A DNA stretch of 64,000 nt from Tubulanus polymorphus (GCF_964204645.1 NC_134029.1:2542001-2606000); one strand, 5' to 3'. Counted from the first letter of the stretch, positions 52,701 through 60,595 are shown. Numbers and translations: made by a program. Notes: a model not told the origin generated them from the sequence alone.

Positions 52701-55700
52701 GGACTAGAGGGTTAGGATAAGGGTGAGGTTTAATGTTTGTTTTACAGCTATGGGATAGGTTGAGGGTTATGTAGTTAAAACATTCAGAGGGATTCACCAG
52801 GGCTCGGTGGTCTAGTGAAAAAATGCTGCAATATGCTGGCCTGGGTTTGCATACTGATCTATCCGCTCTATTTTCTCACGCTTTCCTTGAATTTCTTAGT
52901 CGTGCAACTCATTCAGTGCGCATGCGCAGTGTAAATTTAACTAATCAGAATCAGTTGCCAGCAAAATAGCGTTAACAGGAATAATGCTGCATCAGCAAAA
53001 TATCACCTGCCTTTTTTATGCTTTCCTCGCGTGATATTTTACTCTCAATTCTCAAACTATTCATAAAATCTTGCGATAGATTTTGATGTTGTATAAGTTT
53101 TACATCGAATGCATGCGATCAGAGTGCGGTGACCTTTACGTGTTTAGAGATAAATTACAGTCGAAACTATGAAGGTTGTGGGTTCATAAAGTACATACGC
53201 TATGCTGATTTTATGCATTATGCACAAAGGAAGAAGTGGTTGATGAATTGATGAAAAACTCCACTAATTGGCCACTAATTTGTATCTTTGATAGAAAACT
53301 TGTGTACTAATTATAAACATGTCACTAGTGATGCATGACTTATACCGAGTCTCTCTCAATTCTTGATTAACACGAAATATTACGTCTGCTGCATCTGCTC
53401 TGTTGTGTGTTTCTAGATTTGAAACCTCTGAAAGATAATACTAACAAACCGATCAATAAACCTCAGCCTGATAATGGTTCTACTATCAGTCTACCGATGT
53501 CTGAGAATGAGGATGATTTACCAGGTGAGTTCTGAGTGGATGTGATGATGTCCTGGATTTATGATGTACATTTTCTCAGTTTTGAGATTTGTCCTTGTCG
53601 GGTGAAGGTTGTTTATTTCAACACACGATCCATTCTTAAAGTATGTATCCAAAATGTTTCCGCTGATTTTCAACCCCATGTGTGCAATTTTATGCACTGT
53701 GTTCATAGAGAGAAGGGAACATATTTTGTTCTCTCTCCTACATACTTAATGAATGGGCCTGAAACACTTTTATCTTGCACACCGATATCAATCTTCTGTG
53801 TAATTTCTAACTAGTGGTAAGTTGATTGAGGAATCAAATTCTAATGTTCGCTTAACATCTGTCCATAAATCTTTCAGTCTATCGGGGATATAGGTTTAAA
53901 TCAAGCTTACCAGATATCGGGTTCTCTCAGGTCCCTTCTCTTTAGGATCTCTATCTTGCTACGTCCACCTTTTAATGAAAATGTTCGTGATAAAGCGACA
54001 CATTGTTCTTACTAATAATATTTGGATTTAATATCTTGTTACTACGCAAGATTTGAATGGAAATTTGTAATAAAGGTACAGTTGTAATTTTCATAAGAAA
54101 GAAAATATTTGATGTCAATATAACATAGATCAATGATCTTATTTAGTATTCTAGGTGTATTTGAATGAACTGGGCATGATTGTTATGATACAATATACAC
54201 TACTAATCCTTATTTATTCAGATTTTTATTAGCGCGCAGGGTTAACTTATATTTCATATTGATCTGGAATGGTGTTTCTCAATGTTAGAAAGATATGCAT
54301 GCATTTACTAAGTTCTCTATCTTACACTTTTATTCTATGCTAATGTCCTGATTTTCACTTTTAATTCAGAGATGATCTGATTCTCAGTGACCATTCATTT
54401 TGTGACTTGAATTTAATTTGACAAATGTGAACACATCCATCCTGTGCTGGTGGTGTGTGGGTACTTGTCCTTCGGTATACCTACAAACACCACTACATTT
54501 TGTACATATTACATTAATAGTTAAGACCTTTAGTTGATTTTAGAATCATTAAACAGCATCAGAATGAAGTTGATCATCCACCCCCTCATAATCCATTCAT
54601 TTATGAGAATTGCATGTTTACATCTTCATGTTTTTCTTAATATGTTGCATGTTTTGAGAATTTCTTTTTTTTCGATTGTAAAACATACAAGAATTATGAA
54701 ATGAGGAAGTGTAAACATCCATAACAGGGTCTAGTTTAACAGTCCGGACTCGAAGATATGACCAAGGTTTACCTCGTTCTGGTCCTGTTGAAGTTATATC
54801 TGGACTGTGGAACTTGTGCCTTCTGGTTGTTATTTTATAGATCATATTCTTAACAGTGTACAAATTGTTCATAGTCACTGAAAGATCCACTCATTCACAA
54901 CACAGCTTTAAATTGATTATCAACATCTTTACAACAATAAATAAATCTTGAAGCTGAAATATGGAATTAAGATGGAAAGCAATGAAATTAAATTGTGTAG
55001 TTCTGATGTTGTTTGAATGATGAAGAATATCCTCGTAGTAAAATGCTCACTCACTATTTATTAACTTGGCACCAAAATCATTCTGCTTTCACTCCAGCAA
55101 ATGCAAAGGGAAAACAAAAAGGTATTGTATGTCCATATTCTCAGCATCCAATTGAATCAATTACGCAACAACTACTAGGTAGATTAGCCTGCGCGAGGAG
55201 AGAGTTAAGAGCCAATCAGACGAGAATATAATCTATAATTTCTGTCTGTACATCTGCCAGATCGATCTAAAAAAATTCTCAAAACTGACATGGCCCCCTA
55301 GTGGTTGTTGTTGCCTAAAGCCTAAGAAGACATTTAGAAAGATATTACATGTTTATATAAACCCACAGTACCGAAAAGTTGATACAAAAAAACCTAAATG
55401 TCTAAATGGCTAAAATCCCCAGTATTTATGTTCATCTCGAGAATTCCACTGCTCCAGATTGGAGTATTGGAGTTCTGGAGTAATACACAGCACAGAATCA
55501 CAGGCACTTTTTAAAATACAGTTATTTGTAACATGCACATTTTGCATGACTGCAGCGCATTTACTGTTCGCTTGCCAGGGTCAGTTCCAGAATTCTATTG
55601 ATTCCAAAAGAAGTAACAGGCTGCTAGGCTCTGTTTCACAGTTGTAGGTTATATTTATATAAGATTATCGGACTCGGTCTCTTGCTGTAACTGACTCTTT

Positions 55701-58100
55701 GTTGTAAGTTTAATTATGACTGTTAGCCTGCGCTCCGATCCTCCTAATCCCGAACTCTGTGCCGAGAATTTCTGCAATTTTAAATACTTTTAACTGTGGT
55801 CAAGGTTTATTCAGCTGCTATCCTGTGCGTACAGCGGCGTATGTCATTTTTATCACGCTATGGTCTTATCCTTCAATAAATGTGCCAGTGAATTTATCAA
55901 CTTTTTTACATGTTTGATAAATTTCTTATGACGACGTGTTCTCTGTGTTGAATGTGTGCTGATCTTCTGACAGAAAAAGCATGAAAAAGTTGAATTTCTT
56001 TTTTCACTTTTGAAATATGATATAAGAGTTTTTCTACCCCTAAACCCTTAATTGTCCTACTTATTTTATATGTTGTAATCATTGATTTACTTTTACTAAA
56101 CCATTTGAAATTATCTGATTTTACAGTCCAAATCGGTTGCTTAGAAAATACAGAAAATTTGTTTTTCAGTTCGAAAACCGTTTTTCTTATTTGAGATTAC
56201 TTAAATGACCATTTTCAATATATATTTTCATTTTGCTTGAAATAGTGAAAGGTGGCAATGCTTTGACAGGTTTGTGTCAATTGTTGTGATTGATTCATTT
56301 CTTTTCATTTTCACACTCAAAAAATTACTTCAAATTCCGCATTCAGTGCCACAGTTCTGAGAGTAGAAATAAAAGACCCAGAACTATGGAACTGGGTCAT
56401 GTTTTCGTGTATACCTGTCACTATTGGAAAGATTAAAGTAGATATTTTTAGGAAAAAAAATCTGTCAGTGTCTTCGAAATTGTTTTTGTCTTAGTGGTTG
56501 ATCTCTATACATAGCAGTCATTATATATATGTTGAATATGTTTGTCTTTGTCCATTTATGAATGATCAAAGGTGATTGGTGATTAGCACTCTCTGGGATT
56601 GGGTTGTGCAATCAAAGTGATTACAAATGAAAAAAAGAATTACAAATGAATATATATTTATCTGTCATGTCCGTGTATCTGGTGTTGGCTCGAATTTGAA
56701 TGAAAAATAACTCATAATCCTAAAATCTGAAACTGATATTTCAGTTTATCATTATGAAGCAGAAGGTGCAATGTTGGAGTACGGGTAGGGAATGGGGCAA
56801 ATCGTCAGGTCCTTATGGTCAACTCACTCCGCCCTTGCTGCACAGCTTATAAAGATCACCACTAAGTGTAGAGTTGTTTGTATACTTGTTGTTTATAGGT
56901 GTCACGCTTGAGTTATAGCTTCTACATGTATTGTATACTGATAAATGACCACAAGAATTTGGCTTAATTATTAATTCATGAATCCTTTGAAGTAAAATAC
57001 TGCAACTATCGCCATACAGTAGACTCCCTGCTTGCTTCAGACTGCCGCATGCCCTGGACTTAGTGAAAATGTTTAAGATTATCCATATGCAATTTGATAT
57101 GATGATGATGTCCCATCCCTGTTCCTCCGACTACCCGTTGGAATTCACTCGCCTCTCGGAGAAAATTAATTGGGTCCCATAAGATTCGAGGCAAGTTAAA
57201 TATATAACTGAGACAAGTGGAGTCTACTGTAGATCCAAGGCTTGTGTGCAGTCTACTGTAGATCAAAGACAAGCACTCAGTGTACTGTAAATCAGAGGAA
57301 AACCCTGTACATTTGAAGAAATGTTATATTTCTGTATTTCTATATGATATACATTGCTATATAATATAATTTTATTTCTATAACTAGGATACCACTGGGA
57401 TACGTCTGACTGGGCTCCGAAAAACGTTCTGTCGAATATTTCCGAACTTCCGGTGAAAGAGGTGCGCGACGATAGCCGCAGCAGCGGACGAAATAGCAAC
57501 GAATCAAATCTTCCTCGCGACCTAGCGAAAAATCATCTTCACCACGACGACGACGATGAGGACGATATTCAAACGGACGATAACCTCGATTCGGAATACG
57601 TCGGTGATTCGGAATATCCGGACGATCTCGAATCGGACGCGGAGGTGTTCGCGCGAGATTCGCCGCAATTAAACGAACCGTTGTTAAATCAGAACGGTTT
57701 AACGTACGACGATTTACCGCGACGTGATTATAACGTTCATCCGAATCAGTATTTACCGAGTTATAGTTACTCGATACCGTCGATGATAGACGAGCCGGGT
57801 CTACGAGTCGTCGATATCGACGCCGCGCGATACGACGCTCGAAACGCGCGAAATCCGAACGAAATCATGACCGATACGGACGGTGAGATTCTAGACGACG
57901 GCGACTCGATCGCGGACGACGTCAGTTACGCGGGGAATTTCACGTCTGCGAACGTTTCTATGTCGGACGTTTCCGTTTCCGGATTGTGCGCGATTGAAGA
58001 CAGTGAATTCCCGATGACTAGTGATAATGATAGCGATGATGATGAAAATCGCGCGGCCGCTACTCATCTTATCGGTTCTCATCTTCATTCGCAAGTTTGA
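5320..58100 (+). CDS. FAT1: Fat-like atypical cadherin (FAT1/2/3, kugelei class), complete 31-coding-exon gene span, about 4,697 aa
   Basis: Repeated cadherin motifs (DxNDNxPxF, LDRE/LDYE, AxDxD) across exons; EGF-LamG-EGF-TM order; cytoplasmic NYGSAADELE, GYHWDTSDW and HPNQYLP motifs typical of the FAT1/3-kug class; all GT-AG phases chain without frameshift (exon sum 14,094 nt). The symbol denotes the class, not one-to-one orthology. Confidence 0.95.
10318..10632 (+). CDS. FAT1: Fat coding exon 2
   Basis: ttccag|GT GTC GTA (GVVKTAVVLDRESTPFYW...QYT), G|gtaagt; phase 1-1. Confidence 0.93.
10936..10960. repeat. (CT)n microsatellite
   Basis: Direct reading. Confidence 0.9.
15928..15989 (+). 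CDS. FAT1: Fat coding exon 3 (62 nt, GIITTTKRRLDRERQEEHILE), not in ORF track
   Basis: ttgcag acceptor, GAG|gtaaga donor, LDRE motif, phase 1-0 fits neighbours. Confidence 0.93.
20480..20607. repeat. G-rich low-complexity repeat (GGGAGTTAGGTA-like units)
   Basis: Repeated gggagttag(g/t)(t)aggta. Confidence 0.8.
22355..22517 (-). mobile_element. Interspersed repeat containing a degenerate tRNA-like segment, copy A
   Basis: Minus strand has A-box-like TAGTGGTTAG and B-box-like GTTCAAATCC; aligns by eye with 25254-25406. Confidence 0.65.
25254..25406 (-). mobile_element. Same repeat family, copy B
   Basis: Shared blocks agcatg(c/t)taaccacta..ccaagtc, ctggtcagtgt, gaccagtcaggtgtg, caaatg.tctattca. 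Confidence 0.65.
26056..26346. repeat. 32-bp minisatellite, about 9 copies
   Basis: GAGGTATATATCAGTA(C/T)CCCTCTACTGGGGGA in tandem. Confidence 0.95.
27369..27677 (+). CDS. FAT1: Fat coding exon 4
   Basis: tttcag|ATA ACG TTG AAT GAT GGC; ATC|gtaagt; DINDHAPKF motif. Confidence 0.93.
27792..28005 (+). CDS. FAT1: Fat coding exon 5
   Basis: tttcag|GTA AAA GCT AAT GAT AAC GGT (VKANDNGRP); ACA G|gtaaaa. Confidence 0.92.
29528..29667 (+). CDS. FAT1: Fat coding exon 6 (GNEEKKFSINPESG...LDWE...SVTDG), not in ORF track
   Basis: tttatag acceptor (tandem TAGTAG), TGG|gtaagt donor, phase 1-0. Confidence 0.92.
33511..33721 (+). CDS. FAT1: Fat coding exon 7
   Basis: tcgcag|GTT TCT GTA; DINDNRPEF; ACC G|gtatgt. 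Confidence 0.92.
34177..34452 (+). CDS. FAT1: Fat coding exon 8
   Basis: ttatag|GT GTT TTA; LDHE, DHNDHAPEF; TCA G|gtaaaa. Confidence 0.92.
36007..37502 (+). CDS. FAT1: Fat coding exon 9
   Basis: ttgcag|GT AAT GTT; several cadherin repeats; CAG|gtgaga. Confidence 0.93.
37812..38001 (+). CDS. FAT1: Fat coding exon 10
   Basis: tttaag|GTG ACT GCT ATA GAT GCA GAT (VTAIDADIG); AAA G|gtttga. Confidence 0.88.
38111..38332 (+). CDS. FAT1: Fat coding exon 11 (GFPRRQ...VDFDT), frame not in ORF track
   Basis: tttcag acceptor, open reading with PLFDEQFY and LIYSI motifs, ACA G|gtaggt. Confidence 0.9.
39014..39034 (+). CDS. Candidate 21-nt cassette microexon (inserts DMTKFGP, junction residue becomes C)
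   Basis: tcacag acceptor after about 80 nt free of AG with an ACTAAT branch-like site; T|gtgagt donor; phase 1-1, no stop. Confidence 0.65.
39969..40083. mobile_element. piggyBac-type MITE
   Basis: TTAA|CCCTTTCCAG ... CTGGAAAGGG|TTAA: perfect 10-bp TIR with TTAA on both sides. Confidence 0.75.
40138..40259 (+). CDS. FAT1: Fat coding exon 12 (ALTVADRLDYE...), not in ORF track
   Basis: gtttag acceptor, LDYE and RATD motifs, GAG|gtaaga. Confidence 0.92.
40406..41216 (+). CDS. FAT1: Fat coding exon 13
   Basis: ttgcag|GAT GTA AAT GAT AAT; TCA G|gtacgt. Confidence 0.93.
41381..41589 (+). CDS. FAT1: Fat coding exon 14
   Basis: ttccag|GT ATT ATT; LDYE, DVNDNSPKF; CAC|gtaagt. Confidence 0.92.
41663..41807 (+). 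CDS. FAT1: Fat coding exon 15 (IRATDADSGDNA...), not in ORF track
   Basis: tttcag acceptor, ATDAD motif, TCG G|gtaaaa. Confidence 0.9.
41839..42026. mobile_element. MITE-like element of a recurring (G)GCCAGTTGC...GCAACTGG(C) family
   Basis: cagttgcac ... gtgcaactg ends, internal AAGACCAGTCTAAG duplication; related pieces near 35735-35970, 37590-37700, 47850-48000, 50080-50240, 51217-51277. Confidence 0.6.
42036..42073. repeat. (TAA)n microsatellite
   Basis: Direct reading. Confidence 0.9.
42126..43186 (+). CDS. FAT1: Fat coding exon 16
   Basis: tttcag|AA GGA AAA; cadherin repeats; CAG|gttagt. Confidence 0.93.
43289..43396. mobile_element. Palindromic foldback/MITE-like element
   Basis: Arms of about 46 bp (agacagtactttgaaggttaactagattttat...gtacgaaag and its near reverse complement) around a 16-nt loop. 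Confidence 0.7.
44018..44560 (+). CDS. FAT1: Fat coding exon 17
   Basis: tttcag|TCG ATG TAT; CAG|gtacat; phase 0-0. Confidence 0.92.
44807..45044 (+). CDS. FAT1: Fat coding exon 18
   Basis: ttgtag|GGT ACC CCT; DVNDNPPMF; ACA G|gtgatt. Confidence 0.92.
45153..45367 (+). CDS. FAT1: Fat coding exon 19
   Basis: ttctag|GA GAG ATA; LDYE; CAG|gttcgc. Confidence 0.9.
45442..45573 (+). CDS. FAT1: Fat coding exon 20
   Basis: tttcag|GTG GAA GCG TCA GAT GCT GAC; CAG|gtaacc. Confidence 0.9.
45739..45882 (+). CDS. FAT1: Fat coding exon 21 (IDSYKM...DVNDNPPVF...YTAIVQ), not in ORF track
   Basis: ttatag acceptor; CAG|gtatga; phase 0-0. Confidence 0.92.
46725..46763. repeat. (TAA)n-(TGA)n microsatellite
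   Basis: Direct reading; lies within the AG-free zone upstream of the candidate microexon at 46787. Confidence 0.9.
46787..46825 (+). CDS. Candidate 39-nt cassette microexon (VNDAGESRRPIFF)
   Basis: About 140 nt AG-free zone, three TGC just before the aag acceptor, TTC|gtaagt donor, phase 0-0, no stop. Confidence 0.6.
47520..47585 (+). CDS. Candidate 66-nt cassette exon (SSFTALVSDSAALSGSRVYLGV)
   Basis: ttttactcag acceptor, GTG|gtaata donor, phase 0-0, cadherin-like peptide. Confidence 0.35.
48240..49278 (+). CDS. FAT1: Fat coding exon 22 (last cadherin repeats, membrane-proximal region with RHRRKR)
   Basis: ttttag|GAG CGT TCT; GGA G|gtaaga. Confidence 0.93.
49490..49672 (+). CDS. FAT1: Fat coding exon 23 (EGF-like domain), not in ORF track
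   Basis: gaacag acceptor; CSKNPC...CICPEGKTGEKC; CCA G|gtagat. Confidence 0.9.
49864..50021 (+). CDS. FAT1: Fat coding exon 24 (laminin-G start)
   Basis: tattag|AA CCA ACA; MTFSGTSY, FIRTIQ; GAG|gtaaga. Confidence 0.9.
50353..50761 (+). CDS. FAT1: Fat coding exon 25 (laminin-G)
   Basis: attcag|ATG TAC; VNDGQWH and GFDGCM LamG motifs; ATA G|gtaatg. Confidence 0.92.
50992..51144 (+). CDS. FAT1: Fat coding exon 26 (EGF-like; acceptor at 50991 or 50994)
   Basis: TAGCAG tandem acceptor; CRSQPCRNGGTC; GGA G|gtatgg. Confidence 0.9.
51387..51551 (+). CDS. FAT1: Fat coding exon 27 (EGF-like)
   Basis: ttgtag|GT ATT TGT; AAA G|gtcagt. Confidence 0.9.
51679..51870 (+). CDS. FAT1: Fat coding exon 28 (calcium-binding EGF, start of TM)
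   Basis: [27 protein letters not shown]; TCA G|gtttgt. Confidence 0.9.
52042..52551 (+). CDS. FAT1: Fat coding exon 29 (TM helix and proximal cytoplasmic domain)
   Basis: VVIAAILIIVIIIVVVV followed by RRYRKK; NYGSAADELE; GAC A|gtaagt. Confidence 0.92.
52588..53005. mobile_element. MITE-like element with about 47-bp imperfect TIRs and internal TTAGGG-like tract
   Basis: gatgcggcattattcgtgtaaacgctattttgctg vs cagcaaaatagcgttaacaggaataatgctgcatc; related fragment near 61876-61926. Confidence 0.7.
53148..53174 (+). CDS. Candidate 27-nt cytoplasmic microexon (KINYSRNYE)
   Basis: gtttag acceptor, AAG|gttgtg donor (weak), phase 1-1, no stop; TGCATG at 53110 and 53332. Confidence 0.4.
53417..53524 (+). 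CDS. FAT1: Fat coding exon 30 (LKPLKD...SENEDDLP), not in ORF track
   Basis: ttctag acceptor, CCA G|gtgagt donor, phase 1-1, acidic stretch preceding GYHWD as in Fat tails. Confidence 0.85.
55556..55579 (+). CDS. Candidate 24-nt cytoplasmic microexon (AHLLFACQ)
   Basis: TGC-rich actgcag acceptor, AGG|gtcagt donor, phase 1-1, no stop. Confidence 0.35.
57017..57229. mobile_element. Tc1/mariner (pogo-type) MITE
   Basis: TA|CAGTAGACTCC ... GGAGTCTACTG|TA: 11-bp perfect TIR extending imperfectly, TA flanks. Confidence 0.7.
57388..58100 (+). CDS. FAT1: Fat terminal coding exon 31 (GYHWDTSDW...HSQV*)
   Basis: aactag|GA TAC CAC TGG GAT; acidic tail; class I PDZ-type C-terminus S-Q-V. Confidence 0.93.
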
Positions 58101-60330
58101 AATGTTTGAAGTTATCGAATATTAATGTTTGACGATACGACGAGTCGTACAATGAAATCTCATCTAAACAACTGAACCAAGCAACATTCATTTCAATGAA
58201 ATTTCAGGCTATTCTGATTCTATAACTAATCTCACAACGCGACAACAATTAAAGCTCACTGTTATGATGAGATTTCTATGTATCTCGATTCTTGGTTGAA
58301 CCCAATGCATGCGTTATGTATTGTCTTATAATCTAGATCAACGTATCCAGGATACGAGGTATCCATGTATCCAGGATTTACACTTCATACATTAAAACAA
58401 ACTGTTACTGAATATTGTATTACTCAACATATGTGATATGTGCACTTTGTACAGAGTGCCACCTAGTGGCCATACATTGTAAATATCTTTTAAGTACAAG
58501 TTCTTACATTTATATTATTATTATTATTATTATTATTATTAGTAGTAGTATTATCATAGATAGATTTTTAAGGTGATAATGTTTTAAGAGTTGATATCGT
58601 GTATGGAGTAATGTAGTGATTTGGACTAATTGCGGGTATTGATGAAATCAGTGTTAATATGGATGGATTCAAATTGACTAAATGACATCATTAGAATCTA
58701 AATGCACGGTGTGAAATTAGTTATTAGTCAATAAAAGGCAATCGTTATTTTTCAACAAAGATTTCTTGGAAGATATTCTCTGTATAGCTCAGTCCACGGC
58801 TATATCTTGTTGAAACCCTGAAAAAGAATCTGTATTTCACTGATTTGACTTGTAATGTGATTCATATATATTTGTGACTTAATAATCTACATGTATTAAG
58901 CAATATACAAACGAAAACAAACATACCTTTGTAAATATTTCATTGTACTCAGGGCAATTATTGTATTGCATGCAGTTTTTAGATGTATAATTCGTTTGTG
59001 TAAGCATGAATTTTGTAATTCGTTAGACACATTTTGCTGCTGCTTCTGCGAGTTGAATTGATCTGTAAATTATAGAATGAATGATATCATCGGATGGAGT
59101 GCTTCCAAAAGAATGGCTTCATATAACTTTTAAGTTGACCTTAGGTCTTAGTCTGGTTTGTGTCCTATCCTACTGACAGTGCAGAAGGGCTTCTTGCGTG
59201 ATGCTATAGTGAGTTTTCCCAGAGGAGTCGCCAGTTATCTTGAATTAATTGAGAGTTTATTCCACTCGTTAAAAAAACAGAGCACTTTAAAAACACTGCA
59301 TGTAGTAAGCATTTGTAAATATTATTTGACACTAGCTGCTACTTGGTAAAATAGTTTTGCAAAATACATTTGCAGCAGAGTCCAGATTTGCAGTTATCAA
59401 TCTGCTGACAGTACCCCTGCTATCTTGAAGGAGGTGCTGGGCACAGGCAGCGGTTTATCTAAGCGGTACAGGCTACAGACAGCAGATTGATACCTGCTTA
59501 AGTATGACAAAATGTGTGTTTATTGTCTATGCATATTTTATTATGACCTGCACTTGAATGTAAGGATATGGCCAGTAATCTATGATGTATTATGCAACAA
59601 GAGGAAAGATTGTAAATATTGCAGTGCCTTAAATATTTGTAGTCCTCAGTAATTGTTACTGTGAAGTTTATTGTTAGAGATAGACTCTAGTTTTGCCGCA
59701 GTTGCGAGGTTTAAATCAACTAAATTTTAAACTCTTAAGGCAAATTTTACCACCTTATGATGATTTGATTGAATATGTTAATAATTTTGTGTCATTTTCT
59801 TGGACACAGCCTGGATTATGTCTGGTGGTTATTCGCAGAAATTGTTTTAAAGCGTATTTGTTTTTTATCAAACGATGTAATGTAATTTGATAGATTTCTT
59901 AATGATTTGTTAAGTGTTTATTTCCTGCTTGAAAACTGGTCATCGAAATGAAGACCTTTTAGTTCTTATCCTTTGTTTTTTGTGAGTCCATGGTGTCTAA
60001 AACGAAATCGTTTTTAATCGAAATCTAAATCGTTTTACAGTCCATGGTAAGACCAACCAGGCTTACATTCAATGTGGCATTTTGTTTACTGCATTTTGTA
60101 TCTATAACGATATCAATCATAGACTTAATTTGTGACTTAAAAAGTTATTTTCAGTCTGTGTTTTACGTTAAATTTTCGAATGATGTTTAATTTGTACTAT
60201 GTGTATGGATTTCAGACTTCATATGGGACTCACCTGGCAATGTATTGATAAAAAGTAAATATGATAAGCTTGAATATATAGGTTTTATCTCATATATTGG
60301 TAATGAATAAAGAATTAAAAATTATGTTAA
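58101..60330 (+). promoter_or_regulatory. Probable Fat 3' UTR with poly(A) signals
   Basis: AATAAA at about 58730 and 60306; AU-rich; four TGTAAATA elements. Confidence 0.5.
58513..58540. repeat. (TAT)n microsatellite in 3' UTR
   Basis: Direct reading. Confidence 0.9.
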
Positions 60331-60513
60331 TTATCTATTTAGTTGGAATTTTTTATTGGTTTTTCTTGGAGGGATGACACGCAGAATACAGCATTGTTAA
60401 ACCGTTCGCCCTCCAACTGTTGTGTTGACAGCTTATGCCAGAAGCGGTTTCGTCAAGTGCAGATACAGACAGATACAGGAGCAAAATCGGCAAGAAAATA
60501 ATTGGTTAACGTG

Positions 60514-60519
60514 AAAAAA
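60514..60519 (-). terminator. RNA polymerase III terminator (T6) of tRNA-Pro
   Basis: AAAAAA on + strand, 4 nt past the tRNA 3' end. Confidence 0.85.
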
Positions 60520-60523
60520 TTTT

Positions 60524-60595
60524 GGGCCTGTCCGGGATTTGAACCCGGGACCTCTCGCACCCAAAGCGAGAATCATACCCCTAGACCAACAGGCC
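60524..60595 (-). tRNA. tRNA-Pro (anticodon TGG)
   Basis: Reverse complement GGCCTGTTGGTCTAGGGGTATGATTCTCGCTTTGGGTGCGAGAGGTCCCGGGTTCAAATCCCGGACAGGCCC, 72 nt, full cloverleaf with A and B boxes. Confidence 0.97.

Noticed and set aside
55648-55703. Possible exon ending at a GTAAGT donor (55704)
   Set aside because: Available acceptors give either an in-frame stop or a 40-nt frameshift; it can be neither supported nor excluded as a poison exon without RNA data.
56745-56765. 21-nt in-frame segment VYHYEAE after a tttcag acceptor
   Set aside because: Donor gtgcaa is far from consensus and there is no supporting UGC signature.
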